A stretch of DNA of 44,835 bases, from IMG/VR virus record IMGVR_UViG_3300049828_000427, positions 1 to 44,835 of that record. One strand, given 5' to 3'. Below the pieces are notes generated by a model. That model ran no database searches. It saw nothing but the letters and a program-made list of their open reading frames with translations, and was not told the DNA's origin. Below, piece after piece: positions 37,400 to 44,705 of the stretch. Origin of the DNA: a virus. Taxonomy: Duplodnaviria; Caudoviricetes. The translations under genes were made by a program, and so were the position numbers. How positions within the stretch are numbered: the stretch's first letter is position 1; each line of letters begins with the position of its first letter.

Positions 37400-37428
37400 T
37401 GTACAATTTCCCAAGGTTGTGGTAAGAT
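37400..37428 (+). promoter_or_regulatory. Promoter TGTACA-17-TAAGAT (TGn)
   Basis: -35 at 37400-37405, -10 at 37423-37428. Confidence 0.7.
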
Positions 37429-37482
37429 AGTAATGTAAGGAAAAACAAATTTAGTTCGCAAGAAGCGAAGGGGGAAATTAAA

Positions 37483-38550
37483 ATGGCAAAGGTAAGAAAA
37501 GAAATAGTAGCAATCAATAAAAGTTTCAAGTATGAAGGGTACTTCATGCTAAAGGTTGAAGGACAAGATAAGTGGATTCTTAGAAAAGGTTACGAAAGAA
37601 AGACAGGTAGTTTCAAAGGAAAGATCTTAGTTAACCTAGATACAGATATTTACAGCTTTGAATGGGATGGTTTTAAATCTTCAAACATCGAGTGGGTTGG
37701 AAATTATAAATCAATTGCCGAAGCAGTAGTTGATAAAGAGGTTACAAAAATTCCAGAAGTTAAAGAACCAATAGTTGAAAAGATAGAGGTAGTTGATGAT
37801 GGAGTTGTTAGGCATGAAAAGTTTGACCAAATTAAAGCTTGCATAGATGCAAACATTCCAGTGTACTTAGTAGGACCAGCTGGTTCAGGTAAGAACCACA
37901 CATTGGAACAGATAGCCAATGACCTAGGTTTAGACTTCTACTTCACAAATTCAGTCCAGCAGGAATACAAGCTGACAGGATTCATAGATGCCTCAGGTAA
38001 ATACCACGAAACAGAGTTTTACAGGGCATTCACAAATGGCGGTTTATTCTTCTTAGATGAGATGGATGCAAGTATTCCAGAAGTTTTAGTACTACTCAAT
38101 GCGGCAATCGCAAATGGATACTTTGACTTCCCAATGCATGGCAAGGTAGAGGCACATGAAGATTTTAGAGTGGTAGCTGCAGGAAACACAGTAGGAAATG
38201 GTGCCGATGAGCAATACACAGGAAGGTTGGTACTGGACCAAGCAACACTTGATAGATTCGCTATAATAGAGTTTGATTACAGTAAAAGGATTGAGCTACA
38301 CCTTTGTAAAGGAAATATAGAATTAGTGGACTTCATCCACTCCCTAAGGACACAAGCTAAGCAAAAAGGAATTAGGGCAACATTCAGTTATAGATGCATC
38401 ACAATGGTAAGAAAGCTAGAAGGAAAGTTAGAAATAACTGAGTTATTAAAGATAGCAATATTCAAAGGCATGGATAAAGATACAATAAACACCTTCAGGA
38501 CAAACAACACAGACAGATACAACAATGCCTTAAGATTAATTCAGCAATAA
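37483..38550 (+). CDS. MoxR/CobS-like AAA+ ATPase
   Basis: GPAGSGK, FFLDEMD, AAGNT.G.G..Y.GR..LD.ATLDRF. Confidence 0.9.
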   Translation: MAKVRKEIVAINKSFKYEGYFMLKVEGQDKWILRKGYERKTGSFKGKILVNLDTDIYSFEWDGFKSSNIEWVGNYKSIAEAVVDKEVTKIPEVKEPIVEKIEVVDDGVVRHEKFDQIKACIDANIPVYLVGPAGSGKNHTLEQIANDLGLDFYFTNSVQQEYKLTGFIDASGKYHETEFYRAFTNGGLFFLDEMDASIPEVLVLLNAAIANGYFDFPMHGKVEAHEDFRVVAAGNTVGNGADEQYTGRLVLDQATLDRFAIIEFDYSKRIELHLCKGNIELVDFIHSLRTQAKQKGIRATFSYRCITMVRKLEGKLEITELLKIAIFKGMDKDTINTFRTNNTDRYNNALRLIQQ

Positions 38551-38577
38551 TCCTCTTATGTATGTCATAATAAAATC

Positions 38578-38593
38578 GGGAGGGCAACCTCCC
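38578..38593 (+). other. GC hairpin GGGAGG-GCAA-CCTCCC (identical to the capsid terminator stem, no U-tract)
   Basis: Same 16-mer as 13440-13455. Confidence 0.6.
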
Positions 38594-38601
38594 ACCCCCT
38601 A

Positions 38602-38689
38602 AAGGGCATAGTTTAATTGGTAAAACGGCGGCATTCGGAGCATACAGGTTTAGATATACGCCATGCAGGTTCAAATCCTGCTCCCTTTT
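38602..38689 (+). ncRNA. tRNA-like element / pseudo-tRNA with aberrant anticodon arm
   Basis: AAGGGCA/TCCCTTT acceptor with one mismatch; D-arm TAGTTTAATTGGTAAAAC; perfect T-arm GCAGG-TTCAAAT-CCTGC; GGCG/CGCC closes a 28-nt insert. Confidence 0.65.
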
Positions 38690-38808
38690 TATTAGCACTA
38701 AGGATAGTATAAAGGTACAAAGGAGAACAAAGATGCAAAAGAGAATGTTAGCAATTGGCAAAATCACTAGTGGTAAGAAGACTATGTTAACAAAAGAGGG
38801 ATTGCATT

Positions 38809-39129
38809 ATGAAATTCAAAAATCCGTATTGGTCAATTCTGACCAAGATCGAAATGCTTCAAAAATGGATAGTAGTACAGTGTATCTTATATTATGAGTT
38901 AAACATGAGCATTGCTCAGGACCATGTATATGATGCCAATGTAAGGCAAATTCAGGAATTAATTCTAAGGTACCCAGAAGAGGCCCGAAAGTCTAGATGG
39001 TATTATTTATTTAAGGGATTCAACAAGGCCTCAGGATTCAATCTATTTAGCAAATTGAATACCCCTGATAAAATGTATCTTATGGATTTTATTGACCAAC
39101 TACTAAAGTATAACGAAAAGAGGCGCTAA
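38809..39129 (+). CDS. Stand-alone NAD+-dependent DNA ligase domain Ia-like protein
   Basis: LQKWI....LYYE....I.QD..YD.....I..L...YPE resembles the LigA Ia motif YY..D.P.ISD.EYD. Confidence 0.7.
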   Translation: MKFKNPYWSILTKIEMLQKWIVVQCILYYELNMSIAQDHVYDANVRQIQELILRYPEEARKSRWYYLFKGFNKASGFNLFSKLNTPDKMYLMDFIDQLLKYNEKRR

Positions 39130-39130
39130 A

Positions 39131-39310
39131 ATGAAAGTACCAAATGGCTATTCAGGTTTAGTCCCTGAGGAGGAATACGACAGGGTAAAGAAGGAAAATG
39201 AGTTTCTTAGAGAAGAAAATGAGAAGTTAAGAAGTGAAATGCAAGAATACTTTGAAAGCTTGTACTACCAAATGAAAAGAGGAGCCCAACAATGCAAACA
39301 AGAACGCTAG
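39131..39310 (+). CDS. Hypothetical coiled-coil protein, 59 aa
   Basis: GAGG RBS; MKVPNGYSGLVPEEEYDRVKKENEFLREENEKLR... Confidence 0.6.
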   Translation: MKVPNGYSGLVPEEEYDRVKKENEFLREENEKLRSEMQEYFESLYYQMKRGAQQCKQER

Positions 39311-39609
39311 GACAAAGAATAGACCCAATAGCATTGCTTTACATTGCAAGGCATAACAAATGCTTAGATGAGCTAAGGTTATTAGAATCAATGGTCACAA
39401 CTAATGCAGAGAGTGAAATAGAAAAGATACTTGCTATTCAAGCCAAGCTCATGCAGCTATCACAAATCAGGCAAGAAGCCAAGAACCCACCTAGGTATGA
39501 GACAGACAAAATAGAGTTTTCAAGTGGAATAACCAAAGTAAGATTGATATGTAAAAAGGTACTAATTAGCCACTTAGAAGAGATAAAAGGCTGCACCTAC
39601 AAAAAGTAA
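39292..39609 (+). CDS. Hypothetical protein
   Basis: GAGGAG RBS, gene packing. Confidence 0.7.
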   Translation: MQTRTLGQRIDPIALLYIARHNKCLDELRLLESMVTTNAESEIEKILAIQAKLMQLSQIRQEAKNPPRYETDKIEFSSGITKVRLICKKVLISHLEEIKGCTYKK

Positions 39610-39624
39610 ATAGGAGGCTACCCC

Positions 39625-40041
39625 ATGGCACAATTAAACCGCAAACAAAGGCGCCAAAAAGAACGGGATGCAAAGAAAGCCCAGAAAGAAACTTACAACC
39701 TCACAAAAGAGGACATACGAAAAACCACCCACAATCAGATGATGAGTGAAATAGATCTGGTAAGAAAGAAAGCTTTACAACTAGCTGTATGGGATTTAAC
39801 GGCAACGTTTATTATATCCCTACATGATGAGTTTGGTTTTGGTAAGAAAAGAATAGAGAAGTTCCTAGAAAGGGCATCAAGGCAGTTTGAATGTATCAAC
39901 AGTGGCTTAGTCACCATAGAAGATATGAAAGGTTGGTGTAAAGAGCATGAACTAGATTATCAAGCTATTTTCCAAGAGGAACCACAAGAGAGGGTAGTAA
40001 AAATAAAAGAGCTTGGGGTGAAAATACATGAGAAGAAGTAG
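39625..40041 (+). CDS. Conserved phage hypothetical protein
   Basis: NRKQRR start; LHDEFGFGKKRIE.F motif common in Bacillota phages. Confidence 0.8.
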   Translation: MAQLNRKQRRQKERDAKKAQKETYNLTKEDIRKTTHNQMMSEIDLVRKKALQLAVWDLTATFIISLHDEFGFGKKRIEKFLERASRQFECINSGLVTIEDMKGWCKEHELDYQAIFQEEPQERVVKIKELGVKIHEKK

Positions 40042-40513
40042 TAAATTCTACCTAAAAAACGAAAAGGAAACAATGGAACAGCTAGGTTTGAAAGCAACTA
40101 AAGCCTCAGGCGCTGGCTGGATAGAAAAAGAGGACGGATATAATGAACATATCCTAGCCCAATTAAAAAGCACAGATGCAGAAAGCATCAAAGTGAACTT
40201 ACAAGACATACACAGGCTGGACTACAATGCGATAGTTGCACACAAGCTTCCTTTGTTTGTTATCCAGTTCTTGCAATCAAATGAGACATTTTTATTGATA
40301 AGACCATCAGACTTAAACAGCATAAATGAGTACTTGAACACAGGCTACGTTAGCATAATCCCACCAGATGTGGAGGTAGAAACAACAATCAAAGAAGTAG
40401 GGCCAGAAGGTGCAAAGGTAATAAAAAGCAGCCCCAAGAACAAAAAAGCCTTTTGGCAACAAAAAGATAAGGAGTGGAAGGAATGGCAAAAGCAACGAAA
40501 GTCAAGAGCTTAG
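40028..40513 (+). CDS. Hjc-like PD-(D/E)XK nuclease
   Basis: E........L.....SGAG...KEDG......QLKST. Confidence 0.65.
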   Translation: MRRSSKFYLKNEKETMEQLGLKATKASGAGWIEKEDGYNEHILAQLKSTDAESIKVNLQDIHRLDYNAIVAHKLPLFVIQFLQSNETFLLIRPSDLNSINEYLNTGYVSIIPPDVEVETTIKEVGPEGAKVIKSSPKNKKAFWQQKDKEWKEWQKQRKSRA

Positions 40514-40842
40514 CTAAATATAATGGACACAGTATCAAAAACAATAAATCGGTAGACCTAGGGATGGTATTCGCTTATGAAGAACTTCCTAATTATATCA
40601 AGCTAATTCAGTTCTTAAATGAGAACATCTCAATTAATGTAAAGGTGGAGGACCAAGAATCATTAGCCCTTGGAACCTTCATGATTAAAGAAATAAAGGT
40701 AGACCATGATGGGCAGGGCATCATAAAGTTTAACTCCTTGATGGACCATGTAGAAGCACAAAACATCAATGAAATAGTGGGTGCAACATTCAAGGTAGTA
40801 TTTAAGGCAGAAATTGAAGAGGCAGGTGAGGATAATGAGTAA
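40474..40842 (+). CDS. Hypothetical protein
   Basis: AAGGAG RBS, gene packing. Confidence 0.75.
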   Translation: MEGMAKATKVKSLAKYNGHSIKNNKSVDLGMVFAYEELPNYIKLIQFLNENISINVKVEDQESLALGTFMIKEIKVDHDGQGIIKFNSLMDHVEAQNINEIVGATFKVVFKAEIEEAGEDNE

Positions 40843-41101
40843 GAGGCAATACAAGGAGCTATCAAGTGCAAGGATAAAAGGCACAAGGAATGTAGTAATA
40901 AGCAAAGATGAAGCCAATGGAACCTTTACCATGGCCCAACAGTTGCTTATCGAGGAAGGTAATAAGGTTACGAGTATATTCATGAAAGGTGCTTTTATCA
41001 TTGAAAACTTAACAGGTCTCTACAACCTTAGAGATGCCTTAAATGAGGCCATAACAAAACAGGAAAATGAAATACTTAGTGAAGGGAATAAATATTCCTA
41101 A
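40835..41101 (+). CDS. Hypothetical protein
   Basis: ATG 40835 after GAGG, overlapping the previous stop. Confidence 0.7.
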   Translation: MSKRQYKELSSARIKGTRNVVISKDEANGTFTMAQQLLIEEGNKVTSIFMKGAFIIENLTGLYNLRDALNEAITKQENEILSEGNKYS

Positions 41102-41129
41102 AAAAAAGTAAAAATATTTACAAAAAGTA

Positions 41130-41157
41130 TGTACATCTATCGTAGTTTTGATATAAT
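41130..41157 (+). promoter_or_regulatory. Promoter TGTACA-16-TATAAT (TGn)
   Basis: -35 at 41130-41135, -10 at 41152-41157, upstream A-tracts. Confidence 0.7.
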
Positions 41158-41199
41158 GTATATATGGTAATTAATTAGTTCTTGAGAGGAGAAAATAAA

Positions 41200-41448
41200 A
41201 TGAATGCAAAACAAATCGGAAAGAAAATAGCTTTAGGAATAACAAATTCAAATGTAGTTTATGAAGGCCAGACAATAAAAAAAGGAACAAAGGTAATGGT
41301 TGGTAAAGGAACGTTAGCATGGTTGTTATCTACAGTAGGAAGTTTAGATAGATGCACGGTTGAAGCTAAAGGAGGAACATTCCTATACATTGACAACTCT
41401 GATGCTAAAGACGTATTAGATAAAATTGATTTAGTCAAGATTGTATGA
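41200..41448 (+). CDS. Hypothetical early protein
   Basis: GAGGAG RBS before ATG 41200. Confidence 0.7.
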   Translation: MNAKQIGKKIALGITNSNVVYEGQTIKKGTKVMVGKGTLAWLLSTVGSLDRCTVEAKGGTFLYIDNSDAKDVLDKIDLVKIV

Positions 41449-41537
41449 CTTTAAAATAATAGTTCTTAGGAGGGGCACAGCCCTTCACAAATAAAAATTA
41501 AAAGCCCAAAGTGGCGGAAAGAGCAAGGTGAAATGTT

Positions 41538-42080
41538 ATGGCTAAAAATTGGAAAGTTGGAGAGGCAGTAAGAGCAATTAGAGCAGGCAAGGTAGAGGAC
41601 ATCCTCGATATCGGCAGAAGGTTCCCAAATTTTGCAGTTAACTGCATGACTGAAGAAGGCTTACTCAAACTATTAGATGTAATTCCTACCTACGTATCAG
41701 CTAGAAAGTTAGAATCAGCCCTCAAAGGCGAAGCAACTGATGAAGTAGAGGAAACAGAGGAAGTTGAAGAAGCAAAACCAGCTAAGAAGGCTGCAAAGGA
41801 AGAGCCAAAGAAGCCAGTAAAGAAAGAGGAAGTTAAAAAGTCCAAGAAGCAAGTAGTTGAAGACGATGAGGACGAAGATGAGGACGATGAGGATGAGGAA
41901 CCAGCTCCTAAGAAGTCCAAAAAGGTTGTAGAAGAACCAAAGAAAAAGAAGAAGCCTGTTGTAGAAGATGACGAAGACGAAGATGATGAAGATGAAGAAC
42001 CAGCACCAAGAAAGTCCAAAAAAGAAGAGCCAAAGAAGAAGTCCAAAAAGGTCGATGATGACGACGATTGGGACATTTAA
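41538..42080 (+). CDS. Protein with small N-terminal domain and long K/E/D block-charged disordered tail
   Basis: Duplicated VVEDDEDED..EEPAP.KSKK; ends DDDDDWDI. Confidence 0.8.
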   Translation: MAKNWKVGEAVRAIRAGKVEDILDIGRRFPNFAVNCMTEEGLLKLLDVIPTYVSARKLESALKGEATDEVEETEEVEEAKPAKKAAKEEPKKPVKKEEVKKSKKQVVEDDEDEDEDDEDEEPAPKKSKKVVEEPKKKKKPVVEDDEDEDDEDEEPAPRKSKKEEPKKKSKKVDDDDDWDI

Positions 42081-42098
42081 TCATAGCTAATCCTCATA

Positions 42099-42139
42099 GT
42101 GTAGCCAGTATGTATTGAAAAAGTATGTACTGGCTACAC
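42099..42139 (+). terminator. Long inverted repeat (terminator or processing hairpin)
   Basis: GTGTAGCCAGTA...TACTGGCTACAC, extendable with G-U pairs. Confidence 0.55.
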
Positions 42140-42166
42140 ATTTCTTAGCATAAAGGATGTGACAAA

Positions 42167-42496
42167 ATGAAGATATCGGACTTGTTACTGCTTGATTGTA
42201 GGGACAAGAAAAACTTAAAGATGATAGTAAATAGGTTAGAGGAATTACCGGCCTTCAGAGAGGAAGCAGTAAGCCTAGACAACCTTGAAAAGTTTTTGAC
42301 TAAAATAGAAAATAAATATCCGATATGCTTAGGTTATATACTCAGGAACAGTAAAGATAGATGTTGGAGTGCAATGATTAAAGAAACAGGCAACCACCAA
42401 CACCTAGCAACAGTATATGGCATATCGCTCTTTGAAATATTAGCCAAATCCACGTTATACCTTTATGCATACATCAAGAAAAACTTTAAGAAATAG
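42167..42496 (+). CDS. Hypothetical protein
   Basis: AAGGA RBS, 109 aa. Confidence 0.7.
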   Translation: MKISDLLLLDCRDKKNLKMIVNRLEELPAFREEAVSLDNLEKFLTKIENKYPICLGYILRNSKDRCWSAMIKETGNHQHLATVYGISLFEILAKSTLYLYAYIKKNFKK

Positions 42497-42513
42497 CGGG
42501 AGGTAAACGTAAA

Positions 42514-42966
42514 GTGAAGACTAGAATATACACAGACGGAGCATGCAGTGGTAACCCAGGTCCGGGAGGTTGGGCGGCAATAATACTCCTAGCCACTGAA
42601 ATTCAGAAAATATCTGGATCGGAGAGGGAAACAACCAATAATCGTATGGAGTTAAAAGCAGCAGTTGAGGCGTTAAAGTTAGCCAACATATTAAATATCA
42701 AAAAAGTAGAAATAATAAGTGATTCAGCATACCTTGTAAATGCAATCAACAAGGGGTGGATAACCAAATGGGTAGTCAACAAGTGGAGAACAGTTAATGG
42801 AGACCCAGTTAAAAACAAAGATTTATGGATACAATTATTATCTGTAATAAACTTACTAGATGTAACATTTGTAAAAGTCAAAGGCCATTCTGGCGATTTA
42901 TACAATGAAAGAGTAGATAAAATTGCAAAACGAGAGGTTGAAAGAATAACTAATCGCATTATTTAG
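42514..42966 (+). CDS. rnhA: Ribonuclease HI
   Basis: YTDGACSGNPGPGGW, TTNNRMEL, SDS.Y, VKNKDLW, VKGH, NERVD. Confidence 0.97.
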   Translation: MKTRIYTDGACSGNPGPGGWAAIILLATEIQKISGSERETTNNRMELKAAVEALKLANILNIKKVEIISDSAYLVNAINKGWITKWVVNKWRTVNGDPVKNKDLWIQLLSVINLLDVTFVKVKGHSGDLYNERVDKIAKREVERITNRII

Positions 42967-43009
42967 GGGACAATCATATGCAAATACAAAATAAAAATGA
43001 GGTAAGCTT

Positions 43010-43291
43010 ATGAGGTCAAACGCTAAATTCTGTCCATACTGTAAATGTATGATGTTAAGTAATAATAAATGTAGAAATAGGGATTGTGTACTAGGAAACA
43101 CAACTCAAGCAACGGTGCCACAATTAGAAAAGATATGCCAACTATGCGAAGAACTAGGCATAGACATATCCAACAGAGACCAAAACAAGTTGACTAAAGA
43201 AAAAGCTTCCAATTTAATTTCACGGCTTATAAAACAAAAAGTCGATGGCGCACTGTTCAAGGAGGAAGTAAGCGATGAAGATAGTTACTAA
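43010..43291 (+). CDS. Hypothetical zinc-binding protein
   Basis: CPYC..C.N.DC; AT..QL..I..L..ELG..LTK..AS.LI..L. Confidence 0.7.
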   Translation: MRSNAKFCPYCKCMMLSNNKCRNRDCVLGNTTQATVPQLEKICQLCEELGIDISNRDQNKLTKEKASNLISRLIKQKVDGALFKEEVSDEDSY

Positions 43292-43646
43292 GGTATGGCA
43301 AGAAACATTCGAACATAATGACAGTAAGGAAGCATATCTAAAAGCATGTAAGTGGGTTGCTAATAACCTACTAAAAATTAAAGTTGAAGTCGGCGAATTA
43401 ATGTGGAATATAAACAGAATACAAGAAGCTGATTTACCAACTTACAAATTAGAAGTATTTAGCGCAGTAGATGAAACAGAATTCAAAAATAGCTTTTGTA
43501 AGAGATGCCAAGAGTTCCACAAAGCTTTCTATCTTAACCAGCAATTTAATTGTGATAATTGCAATATGACAGGCTATAGAGAACAATTGGCGGAAAGGTT
43601 ACGAATAATTAAAAACTACAGACAAAAACAAATACGAAACAAGTAA
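43275..43646 (+). CDS. Hypothetical protein with CxxC..CxxC
   Basis: AGGAGG RBS; CKRC, CDNC. Confidence 0.75.
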   Translation: MKIVTKVWQETFEHNDSKEAYLKACKWVANNLLKIKVEVGELMWNINRIQEADLPTYKLEVFSAVDETEFKNSFCKRCQEFHKAFYLNQQFNCDNCNMTGYREQLAERLRIIKNYRQKQIRNK

Positions 43647-43719
43647 GCATGGTCTAAATGGCATGAATGCAGGGGTGACTTCGGTTATCCCTTTCGTGCT
43701 GTTTATGAGGAGGGAAAAT

Positions 43720-44373
43720 ATGCCAACAGTAATTCGTAAAATATATACAGAAGAATCAGAAGAAGAGCTATTAGACATGACCAGAGATGAAGTAACCGAA
43801 GGGATGCTTGACAAAGAAGTTTTATTTTGTGAGTATTACATCAAGAGTTACAACATCAAGATGGCTTGTATTAAGGCAGGATATAAATCTAGCGGAGCAC
43901 ATGTAGTTGGCTATAAAGTAAGAAGGAAGCCCTTAGTTAACAGATACATAGCGTGGCTTAAACTGCATATAAGTAAAAAGTGCCAAATAGATGCCATTGA
44001 TATTATTGAAAAATATGCACGAATAGCTTTTGCCGATGTTACCGACTTTGTTGAGTTTAGTGGTAATAAACTAAAGCTAAATAACAGTGATTTAATCGAT
44101 GGCCAACTAATAAAGCAGGTTAAACAAGGAAAAGATGGCATAACAGTTGAGTTATATGACAAGTTAGCTGCTTTAGAAAAGCTAGAACGCTATTTTGACT
44201 GTATGCCAAAGGACTGGAAACAAAGGATAGAGGAAAAGAAAGTAGATTTAATGGAACAAAAACTAGACCTAGAACGCCAAAAGTTAGGCCTCAAGGACGA
44301 CGCAATAGAGGACGATGGCTTTATAGAAGCCCTAAGAAGTACAGCATCACAAGTATGGGAGGGAGAGGAATGA
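43720..44373 (+). CDS. terS: Terminase small subunit
   Basis: FC.YY....N...A.IKAGY...A; IAFAD.TDFV; LYDK..ALE.L; ATG 43720 after GAGGAGG. Confidence 0.88.
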   Translation: MPTVIRKIYTEESEEELLDMTRDEVTEGMLDKEVLFCEYYIKSYNIKMACIKAGYKSSGAHVVGYKVRRKPLVNRYIAWLKLHISKKCQIDAIDIIEKYARIAFADVTDFVEFSGNKLKLNNSDLIDGQLIKQVKQGKDGITVELYDKLAALEKLERYFDCMPKDWKQRIEEKKVDLMEQKLDLERQKLGLKDDAIEDDGFIEALRSTASQVWEGEE

Positions 44374-44374
44374 G

Positions 44375-44701
44375 ATGGGATTCGATATAAATAATCCATG
44401 TATAAATTGCCCAAATGAAAGGACAGCCCCTAATGAGGAACCATGTTTTAGTTGTATCAGGATGAATAAAGAATGTACCTCAGACCAAGTCAATCATCCA
44501 AGCCATTACAATTCCCATCCCTCGGGCATTGAATGTCTGGACATAGCCAAGCACCATAATTTTTGTATAGGAAATGCTATCAAATATCTATGGAGGGCAG
44601 GCTTAAAAGGTGATAAATTTGCAGAAATTGCCGACTTACACAAAGCAATGTTCTACATCCAACAACAAATAAAAGATGTAGAAGCAGGATTGAAGGGGTA
44701 A
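44375..44701 (+). CDS. DUF3310 (SaV-like) protein with N-terminal Cys motif
   Basis: VNHPSHY....IEC.D..F..GNAIKY.WRAG.K...DL.KA.FY. Confidence 0.9.
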   Translation: MGFDINNPCINCPNERTAPNEEPCFSCIRMNKECTSDQVNHPSHYNSHPSGIECLDIAKHHNFCIGNAIKYLWRAGLKGDKFAEIADLHKAMFYIQQQIKDVEAGLKG

Positions 44702-44705
44702 CAAT

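Noticed and set aside
8869-37412. ATTTCCC as an operator near promoters (8869, 8880, 37406; reverse complement at 25170)
   Set aside because: Short motif with inconsistent position and orientation; cannot be distinguished from chance without statistics
38602-38689. Functional tRNA-Arg(TCG)
   Set aside because: In canonical register the loop ATTCGGA is closed by only two base pairs; kept as a tRNA-like element instead
38733-38897. 54-aa ORF with AAGGAG RBS after the second tRNA-like element
   Set aside because: Overlaps ORF 38809 by about 90 nt and has no recognisable motif; too weak to call
2023-44414. Minus-strand ORFs in the track (e.g. 2023-2733, 11154-11741, 17397-17846, 41690-42076)
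   Set aside because: They are antisense shadows of well-supported + strand genes, with no recognisable motifs
156-44701. Stop-codon reassignment
   Set aside because: Genes are full length under the standard bacterial code, and TAA, TAG and TGA all end genes at sensible boundaries
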